Below are positions 43,552 through 54,417 of a DNA stretch of 64,000 bases, piece after piece. Numbering within the stretch: the stretch's first letter is position 1; each line of letters opens with the position of its first letter. Below the pieces are notes generated by a model, which did not search any database, was not told the DNA's origin, and was given only the letters and a program-made list of their open reading frames with translations. The DNA is from Histomonas meleagridis 2922-C6/04-290x. Lineage: Eukaryota; Protista; Parabasalia. Made by a program: the position numbers and the translations under genes. The stretch spans positions 434,001 through 498,000 of the forward strand of contig JAANOX010000002.1 in the NCBI GenBank assembly GCA_020184695.1. Direction: 5' to 3'.

Positions 43552-44715
43552 ATGCTATTTCTATTTATTTCAGAAATATTATCAATTGATTATGTATGTG
43601 ATGCTCCATTAGCTCATGCAGATCCTATAGCAAATGGAAAATTAATTTCAGTATCTCTTTTCCTCAGACATGGAAAACGAACACCAATGGACAAATGGTT
43701 CCCAGAAGAATTAAGAGGGTCATGGGTCTGCGATTCTGATGGCACATCACTTGCTCCAAGAATATACTTATCTTCTACAAATAATAAAACACGAAGATAC
43801 TTCAATCAACTTGATTACACTCTTGTTCAGTATCCGCCCAACTGTCAACCAGGAGAGTTAGTTGTTGATGGCATGAGACAACATCATGAACTTGGAATTT
43901 ATCATCAACTTTATTATGGCGAACAACTCAGATTCATACCAAAACTTATAGATCCCGAGCTCCTCAATCTCCGCTCTTCATATGTTGAAAGAACTTTCCG
44001 CTCTGGTGAATCCTATATGTATGGCTTATATCCACCTGTTCAACCAGGGGAATCCATCACATTTACCACAGGCACAGCCACTGTAGATCCCATTTCGCCA
44101 TCCTATGACAGCTGTTCAGATCTTATGAATGATTGGAATAAATTTATCTCGACTCCCGAATACATTGCACGCCGTGAAAATGCGCGTCGCATTTACAAGC
44201 CAATCTACGACGCACTCAACCGTACCTTTGCTGATGTTGATTGGATGTTCATTGGCGATCTTCTTGCGTCATACATCTGTAATGGCCAACCACTTCCTAC
44301 GTACATTACCGAAGAAATCATTGCGCAATCCAAGAAAGACATTGCGTACTATAGCTATGGCCTGTACAATATCACGCGCGGTAACGCAGGCTCCGGAATT
44401 TGGCGCGAATATTTCCGCAACACGAATTCGCAGCTCAATGGCGAAACCAAGAAAAAGTTTTGGGTTTACTCTGGACATGACACGACGATAATGGCGATGT
44501 TGTCGACATTAGGAATCTACAAAGAAGAATTACCTCCATTTAGATCGCATTTGGCTGTGGAACTATGGGAAATCAATAACGAAAAATATGTTCGATTGGA
44601 CTATAACGGAGAACTCGTGCCAATCGACTTCGCTGGTGGTAATGAGTTGGTGAAATATAGTGAATTTGAAGAAAAAATGAAGCAGTACTTAGTTTACTGT
44701 AAGGAATATGAGTAA
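43552..44715 (+). CDS. Histidine acid phosphatase (secreted/lysosomal)
   Basis: Signal peptide, RHGKRTP, SGHD. Confidence 0.9.
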   Translation: MLFLFISEILSIDYVCDAPLAHADPIANGKLISVSLFLRHGKRTPMDKWFPEELRGSWVCDSDGTSLAPRIYLSSTNNKTRRYFNQLDYTLVQYPPNCQPGELVVDGMRQHHELGIYHQLYYGEQLRFIPKLIDPELLNLRSSYVERTFRSGESYMYGLYPPVQPGESITFTTGTATVDPISPSYDSCSDLMNDWNKFISTPEYIARRENARRIYKPIYDALNRTFADVDWMFIGDLLASYICNGQPLPTYITEEIIAQSKKDIAYYSYGLYNITRGNAGSGIWREYFRNTNSQLNGETKKKFWVYSGHDTTIMAMLSTLGIYKEELPPFRSHLAVELWEINNEKYVRLDYNGELVPIDFAGGNELVKYSEFEEKMKQYLVYCKEYE

Positions 44716-45038
44716 ATATTTAGTGAAATAAATCGATTTGACGATAATTAAAATCAAGAAAAAGGGAAATAATTACAACGAAATTAAAATGATATTAACT
44801 CTAAAAGAATTAAAAAACTTTGCGAATTAATTCATTTCATTTTCAAAAGCTCTTTCTCCTCTAAGATGAAGGAAACCAAAGTATTGCAGCATTCAAATTC
44901 AACGAAAAACTTCAAATATTAGAAGAACTTGAAATATTTTTGATTTAAATGAAGATATCTTCATTAAATTATTTCTCAGAAAAATATCAATATTCATTCT
45001 TTAATATTAAAAAGAATGATTGGATCAGATTTTAAAGT

Positions 45039-45160
45039 GCATCTAAAACGAAATCGTTAAATTCCTTAAACAAGAAGGAATTGATAATGCAAAAGATATT
45101 ATTTGTTTTAGATTTAATTTAATTCTTTGATATTTCAAATAATATTTAAATATTATTTTT
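45039..45160 (+). pseudogene. Decayed ankyrin + spacer relic
   Basis: EIVKFLKQEGID-NAKD (gaaatcgttaaattccttaaacaagaaggaattgataatgcaaaagat) followed by attatttgtttta...tttcaaataatattt, matching the array spacer. Confidence 0.6.
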
Positions 45161-45280
45161 GTCAAACTAAGTACAAAGATTGGAGTGTATTTAAAACATT
45201 TATTCGAATCTATTTATTAAATGGTAACATTCATTATACCAAAATTACTCCCAAAATGTCGTATAAATAAATTATTTATA

Positions 45281-46450
45281 TTACTCGCCTTTCTTTATCG
45301 CCTTTAAATAAGGCGTCCATCTCAAACGCCTCGGATCTAACCTCAACAATCTTCTTCTGCTTCTCGATCTCCATTCATCTATTTGTTTATGTGTTAAAGC
45401 GAATACCCATTCGCCTTCATAATTTCGAATAAATTTATTATCTCTCACAGCAAATTTCACATCTTCCAAAGTCATTCCCGTATAATTTGATATTGATGTT
45501 ATAGATAATTGTTCATTTCGATGTTCAACTAAACACCCTATAACTGCATCCCTCCAAAACTTTCTATACGTTAAAAAGCCGAGATCGGATAGAGGAGTTT
45601 CGGGGGACCCCGGCTTCTTCTCAATTTTTGAGAACTCGTATGAAAGGGAGATCAAAAAGCTCCCAATTCCCATTCTTTGATAACAGGGGAACGTTAAGAT
45701 GCACGCGAGGTTGAAACCGTGTTCAGATTTCTTTTCCTTGGAAAAGAATCCAATCGGGTGTGATCCTCTAACATCATTAGTACAAACTATATAGAAATGA
45801 AATTCTTGTGGTGCATAATATTCTGCTTTGTGAAATAAAAAAAGTTTGGTAATTAAGCATAGATTAACACAATAACGTGATGCAAAGGCACCATCAACTT
45901 CATAAGCAGAGATACGACCATTGCGATAAATTTCATCCCCTGGTGGATGTGTCGTTGTGCATTTTCGACAATGATCAGTATATTCTTCATCTGTGGCAAA
46001 GAAACGCATGCAAAATTCGCAGCAGTATAGTATCCCATTGTCTTTCGGATCGATTTTGTCTCCACGAATTAATGCCGCCATTTTATCAAAAGGATCTGGG
46101 ACAGGTGAAAAATACCAAGCTTTCATCAGGAAGCGAGAGAATCTTAAATATTCAATATTTCTGGATTTTCCAAAGTAGCTAAGATCAGCTTCAGCATCTT
46201 CTTCTTGAGTATGACTAGAAACCTTTCGACCCTTAGTGCCAGTTTTGTGTTCAAGGGTAAGCAAATCAAGAGCAGATTCAAAAACCCAATCATCCCATCG
46301 CTTGTTCACATCAATAAAATGGACGAAGTATTTTTTACTCCCATTTGGTTCAGTTCTGTCAAGAAGTATTTTACAAGGTACATATTGCTTCTGGCTTTCA
46401 CGCCAGCAATTGACAGTATCGCCAATTTGGGGTACAATCCCAGATTCCAT
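45281..46450 (-). CDS. MYST-family histone acetyltransferase (Esa1/Tip60/MOF-like)
   Basis: Tudor-knot/chromo (FVHFIDVNKRWDDWV), C2HC finger (CEFC...HCRKC), QRMGIG acetyl-CoA motif, GSPETPLSDLG. Confidence 0.92.
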   Translation of the reverse strand: MESGIVPQIGDTVNCWRESQKQYVPCKILLDRTEPNGSKKYFVHFIDVNKRWDDWVFESALDLLTLEHKTGTKGRKVSSHTQEEDAEADLSYFGKSRNIEYLRFSRFLMKAWYFSPVPDPFDKMAALIRGDKIDPKDNGILYCCEFCMRFFATDEEYTDHCRKCTTTHPPGDEIYRNGRISAYEVDGAFASRYCVNLCLITKLFLFHKAEYYAPQEFHFYIVCTNDVRGSHPIGFFSKEKKSEHGFNLACILTFPCYQRMGIGSFLISLSYEFSKIEKKPGSPETPLSDLGFLTYRKFWRDAVIGCLVEHRNEQLSITSISNYTGMTLEDVKFAVRDNKFIRNYEGEWVFALTHKQIDEWRSRSRRRLLRLDPRRLRWTPYLKAIKKGE

Positions 46451-46965
46451 CTTCGCCTTAAACCGCCAAAAATAAACGGTCTTTCCTGGATAAAAGATGA
46501 AATAATAAATTATTTATCTATGTCAATTTTGTATTATACTATTTTAATTTGCTTCATCTGATGTAAGTACTTATGTAGTTAATAATGTGCTTTATTTCGG
46601 ATTCATTGGATTATAATAAAATTTCATTTCAGGGGTTTGTTTTGCTATTGTTAATTAATATGGAAATATTTTTTTTAAAAACAAATTCATCTTTTTAATA
46701 TCATTTCACATTTATTTAGAAGTAAGATAGCTATTTTGATATTATTATTTAGAGATTCAAAGAAGAGAATAATTATTCATTAATTTTCCAAATTCCTATT
46801 AGATTTTCTAAAAAAAAAAAAACGAACAATGAAGAAATCCATAACCAATAATGTACCTTAAAAAGCAATGGGTTAAAGATATGATCAAACCCAAAAACAC
46901 CCAAAAGTTTTCAATCGTTCGACATTCAGAAACCGTTTATTTCTATCGAAGATATCCAAACAAAA

Positions 46966-48102
46966 ATGCTTTTTTTCATTTCTCTTGGATTGTGCATTAA
47001 TTTCAACTATAAATGTGAATCCCCTCTTAAAATTGCTCCTGCTGTTGAAAATGCAACACTTAAACAAATGATTGTTATTGCCAGACATGGATACCGAGCA
47101 CCTTTTGATTCATATGGAGGTTATAATGGTGGAACCTGGACATGTGATCTACCTAATTCCTCAGCGCCTCCATATCTATCCTACAATTCAAAAATATATC
47201 GACGCTTTCATGTTAAACTTGATCAAAATAATCTTTTCTATAAGCCTTCATGTTCCAAAGCCGAGCTTACAGTTCAAGGTCAATCACAACATTACTCCCT
47301 TGGACAGTATTATCGTAAAGTTCTTATCGAAGATCGACATTTCCTCACTAACTATTTTAACCCATCCGAAGTTAGCATACGATCCTCCTCTCCAGATCGT
47401 TGCGTTAAGTCTGCGATAAGTTTTCTTAATGGTTTCTATCCAGCAGAATCACCAGATGATATCGTCGAGATTGTTACAGGAACCGATGATCACGAAGCTC
47501 TCCATCCTCGGACAGGCCACTGTCCCGACATTGATTCCATGTGGGATCGTTGGTTACAATCGTCAGATTACATCAAGCGTAAATCAGAAGCTGTTCCATA
47601 TCTTCGTGCCATTGATGATACCGTCGATTTCTCTGACGAAAACCAATGGCTTTGGATTGGCGATTGGCTCTATACTATTGCATGCTGTTCTGATGATTTT
47701 CCATCGTTTGTCAATCAAACACAGTTCGATTATGCCATTGGCGCCGTTGAGTTTTTCACGATTGGTTTCTTCCAATATACTCGCGGAGTCGCTGGGGCAT
47801 CGACAATGCGAGTTGTGCTCGATAAGTTCGAGAAAACAATTTCGCAAGAAGAAACGAATAAATTTTCATTAATGACTGGGCACGATGTAACAATTGTCGC
47901 AGTGCTAAATTTGCTTGGTGTGGATTTAAAGGAAATTCCGCCTTTTAGATCGCACTTGGCTTTCGAAAGATGGGAAGTTGATGGAATGGATTACATCAGA
48001 GTGGTGCTGAATGGCGATGTGGTTGTGGACTTGCTGAAATATAATGAGTTTAAGGTAAAAATTGCGCCTTATTTAAAGTACTGTAGTTTGTCGGTACTTT
48101 GA
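46966..48102 (+). CDS. Histidine acid phosphatase (paralogue of 43552..44715)
   Basis: Signal peptide, RHGYRAP, TGHD; shared PPFRSHLA. Confidence 0.9.
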   Translation: MLFFISLGLCINFNYKCESPLKIAPAVENATLKQMIVIARHGYRAPFDSYGGYNGGTWTCDLPNSSAPPYLSYNSKIYRRFHVKLDQNNLFYKPSCSKAELTVQGQSQHYSLGQYYRKVLIEDRHFLTNYFNPSEVSIRSSSPDRCVKSAISFLNGFYPAESPDDIVEIVTGTDDHEALHPRTGHCPDIDSMWDRWLQSSDYIKRKSEAVPYLRAIDDTVDFSDENQWLWIGDWLYTIACCSDDFPSFVNQTQFDYAIGAVEFFTIGFFQYTRGVAGASTMRVVLDKFEKTISQEETNKFSLMTGHDVTIVAVLNLLGVDLKEIPPFRSHLAFERWEVDGMDYIRVVLNGDVVVDLLKYNEFKVKIAPYLKYCSLSVL

Positions 48103-48716
48103 TATTGGCAATAAATAAAATAGTTTATATAAAGTTTTTGAATAATTTTATTGTTAATGAAGGAATTTACTTATTTGCAAATCAATTAAAATAATAAAGA
48201 TGCAAAAAAAAATTGTGTTTATACATTACATTTGTTTAATTATATTAATCTTGTAATGGATTTATAAAATCACATTACTGCATATATATCCTATTACGTT
48301 GATAAAGATTTGGTTTTTTCCATTTTCATATTAAGTAATTGACTATTGATCGATACGCATATTTTTAATTCGATTTGATCGTATTTTTGGGTTTTTGTAT
48401 TGCCGATAAATTCATCAATTAATATTTATCAATATGTCTTTGAATTTCAGGATTTATTCATACTTACAAGTGTGGAATACAAAATAAATTCTATATAATG
48501 AAATAAAAAAATTTAATAAAGAACCATTCTATAAATTAAAATCGATTGGAATCAGATAATTTATAACATCATAAATCATAAGCAAAAAAATATCTAAGGC
48601 ATACACTAGATTCGAGCTTATGGTGTATAAGTTGATTTAATTCTTCCAGGTTCCAAAACATGAAGATTTCAAATTGAATTAAATTTGATCGGCTGGATTC
48701 CACCGAGTATCGTAAG

Positions 48717-50264
48717 GTGTCATTTAAGCAAATGAACAACGAAAATACAACCCTAAAATATTCAAAACATCTGGAAGAAATTGCGACTGTTGCTTTGCTT
48801 CATCTTAAATCACAATTTCCTTACATTAATTTTTATTTAGTTGATCCTGATTATTGGGAATTTTTTTTTATGCTTGCACAAAAACGTAGTTTAGAACTCA
48901 ACCTCATAAAGATTGGTATGCAGCTTCCAGTTTTTTCTCGAAACTCAAGTCAACCCCATTCAACAACCATTCTTGGGCAAAATGATGAAATAATTGTTCT
49001 TGGTAGCCCTCACAATATCCTCAAGAATTCTAGCCTCCTTCCATCCAATCCACTTATTTTTGTAACGATACCTTTTGAGTCATATATTTTTCGAAGCTCA
49101 ATTTGGAAACATCCTGTTTCATTTAAAGGGTTTGGTTCCTTATGTTTTCCATTTGTTCCTTATAAAGAATATATTCGAATTCCAATTGGGACTTTTGAGT
49201 CGTTATTTATATCTGAAGGAATTTTTGAAGTTAAAGCATTAAAAGGAGTTCTTTCATGTCTTGAGTTTGTCTTTGGTCCATTTTCACGAGTATATGGGGT
49301 TGGGAAATTATCTTCAGAAATTTCGCAAGGGTTTTTAAACAACAATATCAACCACAATGCACGAAATATGTTAATACTTTTTGATCGGAGCATTGATTTA
49401 TTAAGTATGTCACAAGTTAACACCTCATACATTGGACTCATTGAAGAATTTTGTTGTTGGGACTCATTTGAAAACAGTCCGACCTTTGAGTCCATTGCCA
49501 AGATCCTTAATGTGTCAACCACAGAAACGCGCAACATGAAAATGTTTAAATCTAATGATCCTACATTTGATGAGTTATTATTAATGCCTATTACAGAAGC
49601 GCTTCAATCGATTTCTAATTTGGACATTCGCTCAACTGAAAGCGAACGACTTCAAAAAGAGCACATGAGCGTCATCCAAAACATTATTCGAGTCTTTAAG
49701 AACACATTTGATTATGAAGTGTTAACACGAATACAAAACAAAGAAAAGAATTATGACCCTAAAGTTTACGGAAGAGTTTTAGCACTTGATGAACGCACGA
49801 AGTTACTTGGCTTTAGACTTTTAACCATTCTTCAATGTTACGGAATGAAAAGTGAAGCTGAATCGATTGCACGAGTTTTAGCATTTCGCCACTCATTAAG
49901 GACATTTGCTAAATGGAATCAATTGGATCAGTTCTTGAGCGACGTTCAGATACAAATCCCTGACGTGCTGAAGTCATATCCGAACAAGAAATCACTTTCA
50001 AAGTTGGCAGCAGCTTTGAGTTTGATATTAACAAGAGAAAAGAAAGAAACTGCGTTCCCAATAAAGCCAAATTACTTTTCGAACTCGGACAAGATACCAA
50101 GTGATAAGCAAAGATGGTTCGTGGTAACAATCGGCGGAATGACATTGGCTGAATTATGGAGCTTTAAGAAGGTGGCAAGCATCTGCAGGCCAAATGATGA
50201 ATTCGTGTTCTTGACGACGAAATTGACTGCTCCAAATGAATTCATGGCGGAAATTATTGAATAA
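48717..50264 (+). CDS. Sec1/Munc18-family protein, Vps33-like
   Basis: LILFDRSIDLLS and C-terminal FVVTIGGMTLAELWSF...VFLTT are Sec1-family patterns. Confidence 0.7.
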   Translation: MSFKQMNNENTTLKYSKHLEEIATVALLHLKSQFPYINFYLVDPDYWEFFFMLAQKRSLELNLIKIGMQLPVFSRNSSQPHSTTILGQNDEIIVLGSPHNILKNSSLLPSNPLIFVTIPFESYIFRSSIWKHPVSFKGFGSLCFPFVPYKEYIRIPIGTFESLFISEGIFEVKALKGVLSCLEFVFGPFSRVYGVGKLSSEISQGFLNNNINHNARNMLILFDRSIDLLSMSQVNTSYIGLIEEFCCWDSFENSPTFESIAKILNVSTTETRNMKMFKSNDPTFDELLLMPITEALQSISNLDIRSTESERLQKEHMSVIQNIIRVFKNTFDYEVLTRIQNKEKNYDPKVYGRVLALDERTKLLGFRLLTILQCYGMKSEAESIARVLAFRHSLRTFAKWNQLDQFLSDVQIQIPDVLKSYPNKKSLSKLAAALSLILTREKKETAFPIKPNYFSNSDKIPSDKQRWFVVTIGGMTLAELWSFKKVASICRPNDEFVFLTTKLTAPNEFMAEIIE

Positions 50265-50360
50265 TATCACTAAAAATTTTATGTTGTTCAACTTTTATAA
50301 GTTTTATGTTTTGTTGTTTTTCACAAAAAAATTTTTATGTTACAATCTCATGGAAGCAAA

Positions 50361-50750
50361 ATGCTAAACACAAATGTTAAACTCATTTTACATTTGAAGT
50401 AATCAAAAATATAATTTGAATGAGTAAATGTAACTCTATTTCTTTTAGGCAGGAATAAGAGAGAATTTTAGTTTAAAAGAAACAAAAACTACCAAATATT
50501 CATAAATTTATTTCTTAAGAAATAATTATCTTCTGAATTGTTTACATAAATTTCTCATGGAGTTAGGCATTCAATGTCAAAACATTAGTTCACACACTCA
50601 TTTCGAAAGGGGGGAGCACATTCATCTTCTCTTCAAGGAATCCAGGATTTAGTCATCAAAGCGCATGGAAAATGGTCTTTCATGCGCTTTTCTAGATATA
50701 CTGCAGTAGAAATGGCTCAAGCTGGAAGCTGCATAACTTCCAAAATTTAA
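50361..50750 (+). pseudogene. Decayed tyrosine recombinase C-terminal catalytic region (DIRS/Crypton/phage-integrase-like)
   Basis: 50521..: NNYLLNCLHKFLMELGIQCQNISSH, then a 2-nt slip in cacacac, then HSFRKGGAHSSSLQGIQDLVIKAHGKWSFMRFSRYT...* (stop 50748-50750). This supplies the HxxR, H/W and Y catalytic motifs. The upstream LHLK*SK is only weakly supportive. Confidence 0.75.
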
Positions 50751-50855
50751 ATAAAAAAACAAAATTTAAAACCGTTTTTTATTATTGAAAAAGCTATATA
50801 TTAATCTATATATTATGTTATAGCATATTATTTTACAGTACCGGACACGAAAATC

Positions 50856-50950
50856 TGTCCATCGGCCGGAAATTTCTTTCCAAAAAATAACCGTCATATG
50901 TGGATAACCGCTGCAAGCCGAAAAAATTGTCCATCGGCCGCAAAATTTCT
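50856..50950 (+). repeat. Two 13-bp perfect direct repeats TGTCCATCGGCCG (iteron-like)
   Basis: Copies at 50856-50868 and 50928-50940, each preceded by CGAAAA and followed by (G/CA)AAATTTCT; GC-rich in AT-rich surroundings. Confidence 0.8.
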
Positions 50951-51100
50951 GTCCGCATGGTATTAATGGTCAACATATCATATTTTATAGAACTTATCAC
51001 CAATTACATTTATTAACACATTAACCGAAAAACCGATAAAAATAGGGTAATCTTAAAATCAATTGAATGGTTCACTTTTTACAGTGGCGCAAGGTGAGGC

Positions 51101-52057
51101 GTGAAGAAATCAGATACTCATAAATCAGTTGACAAAGATTTAGTAAATCAAAACGGTAAGAGATGGATTATAACATGGAATAATCCGCCAAATATCTGGG
51201 AGGATGTTTTAAGAGAAAGTGAAGAACTAACAAATAATATTAAATTACTAATAGCAGAGAAAGAACATGCTCCTTCAACTGGGACATGTCATATACAATA
51301 ATATTTCTGATTAAGTACAAATAAGTATAGACAAACTGTAAAGTCATGGTTACCAAGTATGTATATTAATATTGCTAAAGGGCCAGAAATAAATAATATT
51401 AAATATGGTTCAAAAACTGGTGTAGAAGTGTTGAAGATTGGTGAATCAGTAGAAACTGCAGCTACGAAAAACATAGTGGATAGAATCAAGAGAATGTTGG
51501 AGAATTCAGTAAATCTGAAATGGTAAGAATTTGAAGCTAAAAATGTCTATGATACGTTTCATCACTATAATAAATTAATGGAATGGAAGTTAAGAAAAAT
51601 GAAGACATTGGAACCATGACATGGAGATTTTAAATTAAAAAATAAGTGGATCTGGGGACCAGCAGGAACAGGTAAGAGCACATGGGCCAGGAACCAAGCG
51701 TCAAGTTTAGATAGAGTTCATAAAACAAATCTAAACAAGTGGTTGGATTGGTTCCATCAGGAAGAAACTGAATGTGTCGTACTAGACGAAATGAACCCAA
51801 GTAAGAATGTTATTTGTGACCAACTGAAGGATTGGGGTGATAGATTCCCATTCACTGCTGTAGTGAAAGGTTCTGCAATGAATATTGAGTCTGGAAATTG
51901 GTTACTTATAATTACTAGTAATATTAGTATAAATGAATGTTTCCAAAATACTCAAGATCAAGAAGCTATACATAGAAGATCGAAAGAGTTGGAGATAAAA
52001 TCAAAAGAGGAAATCCGCCTTCTATGTCAAATGGATAGATCAATTATAAAAAAGTAA
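51101..52057 (+). mobile_element. rep: Endogenous CRESS-DNA-virus-type Rep (HUH endonuclease + SF3 helicase), four in-frame stops
   Basis: One frame gives motif I WIITWNN, motif II TCHIQ, motif III KYGSK, Walker A GPAGTGKS (51656-51679), Walker B VVLDE, LKDWGDRFPF, motif C IITSN and Arg-finger AIHRR. Stops at 51299, 51308, 51524 and 51617. Confidence 0.92.
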
Positions 52058-52614
52058 AAAATTCATTTGACAATTTTTCCTTAAATTGTTTTTAAGATAC
52101 CAAAAATTGACTGCATTTGACCAGGTTTGTTTATTATACGACAATTAGGCATTTAACACTTCGCTCGGTGTGTGGCCTCGCTCTACGGGCTCAGCTACAA
52201 AAATCATATATCCTAACATATGATATTATATATAATATAATATTATATAATATAGTGTTTTTATAAGATTTGTTTTAATTAGGATGATTTTAATTATTTT
52301 TATCATATCTGTCGAGGTTCCTGGGTTCCTAGAAGTTCCTAGGAACAACACATCGTTATGAAATTAAACCGCAACACGCAATTACGTGATTTTTAACAGA
52401 ATATATTGTGACTATAATTTTTATATTTTATATATTACGCAACACTTATAAATCCTGACATAATGATAATATATATATATGTTGCTATATGCTTGTTGCT
52501 ACAAAAATATATAATAATACCTATCCATATAGGAACTAGGCAATATAGACAAAATATATTATTATTTATGTTTGAAAAATATATAATAATATTTCTTCAT
52601 CTAACGACCTATAC

Positions 52615-53094
<480 letters not shown>

Positions 53095-53499
53095 TTTTGT
53101 TGTAAAAATAATATGAATTTGTGTTCATATTGCTTACATCACAATCAAATACTGGGAAATTGTGGGAATAACCGCCAAAAAAGGGAAACAAAAGAGGAAC
53201 AGTTGGCACACTCCCTTAGTCAGCTAGTAGCTAGGAAATTCATTAAATGCTATTCACTAATCTTCAATATATTGTGATTATTTGTAAATTATTTTCTATA
53301 TTATCTATAAAAATACTGCCAAAACGTTTTTTTTAATCTCAAAGATCTTACTTTTAGGATTATTTCAATAATATTATATATATATATATATAAAATTATT
53401 ATTATTATTGTTAATGTTTCTGAAAATTTCCAATTTTTACTTAACCACAAAATTCTTGTTTGTACAATAATTATTAAAACTAACAAAATCTTTATTATC

Positions 53500-54345
53500 C
53501 TATTTATATAAATTTTCAAGTTCTGCCAATCTAAGTGACATTATTGATACAGCTCTTTCCATTTCATTTATTCTTTCCGACACTTCCAGCACGAAGTTAT
53601 TTGCTATTTTCAAAAAGTTTACTGCTTTTGTAGCATCGAATGTATCATCATAAATAAGCCTTGGAATCTCAACTTTCTTCCCCTTTGGCTCACTATGTTG
53701 TACTTTAATACGTGACGGAGTTGCCACTTTCTTTATGTTCCCATGCTGATATACTTCGTCTTTTTCTAATGGATCCGGTATTGAGTCATCCTCTTCTTCT
53801 TCATTCATAGCCATTAAGAGGAGTTTTTCTTCTTCCTCTTTTCTCTTTTTCTGTTGTTGCTTTAACTCGTGTTCTTTTTGTTTTTCTTCTTTGATTTTTT
53901 CTTGGTATCTTAGAAACTTTTCATACATTTCATGCATATGTTCAGTTTGGAAATGCTTTTGAAGTTTTTCACATAGAGTCGTTTTTCGAAATGTGCTAAG
54001 ATCTTGTACAGTACATAAATTTAGAATGCGAACAATAATACGTAAGTTTTGAACTGATAAAAGATCTGAGATTACATTGATGTCATTGATTGCTTTAGGA
54101 AATAATTGATCAAAAAGAATAAATAATTTATTCTCAATTTGTTCAGGAGTGTTTTGCGTTCCGAATACTACATTGCTTTTAGTGCTTATAGATTTACGTG
54201 ATTTTTTGAGAATTATTTTTGATGGTAAAGATTGTTGTAAAATTTGATTTTCTTGTGCTTTTTTGAAAGATTGTCTTGTTTCCTTTTTTGAAGATTGAGT
54301 ATTATCTTGTGGAGGTTCTGCTGCTTTCTTCATCCAACCTTTCAA
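53500..54345 (-). CDS. Hypothetical coiled-coil/charged protein (281 aa)
   Basis: ATG ORF with K/E-rich coiled-coil segments; family not recognised. Confidence 0.65.
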   Translation of the reverse strand: MKGWMKKAAEPPQDNTQSSKKETRQSFKKAQENQILQQSLPSKIILKKSRKSISTKSNVVFGTQNTPEQIENKLFILFDQLFPKAINDINVISDLLSVQNLRIIVRILNLCTVQDLSTFRKTTLCEKLQKHFQTEHMHEMYEKFLRYQEKIKEEKQKEHELKQQQKKRKEEEEKLLLMAMNEEEEDDSIPDPLEKDEVYQHGNIKKVATPSRIKVQHSEPKGKKVEIPRLIYDDTFDATKAVNFLKIANNFVLEVSERINEMERAVSIMSLRLAELENLYK

Positions 54346-54417
54346 TGCAGTAAACTATACAAAATATCATTTTTTCAAAATCGAAACTTTTGTTAACTAA
54401 ATACCTTTATTAAAGAA

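Noticed and set aside
51101-52057. Alternative genetic code (stop reassignment) making Rep intact
   Set aside because: The stops are mixed TAA and TGA, one falls at the conserved Gly of HxQG, and host genes here terminate with TAA, TAG and TGA. Decay is the simpler explanation.
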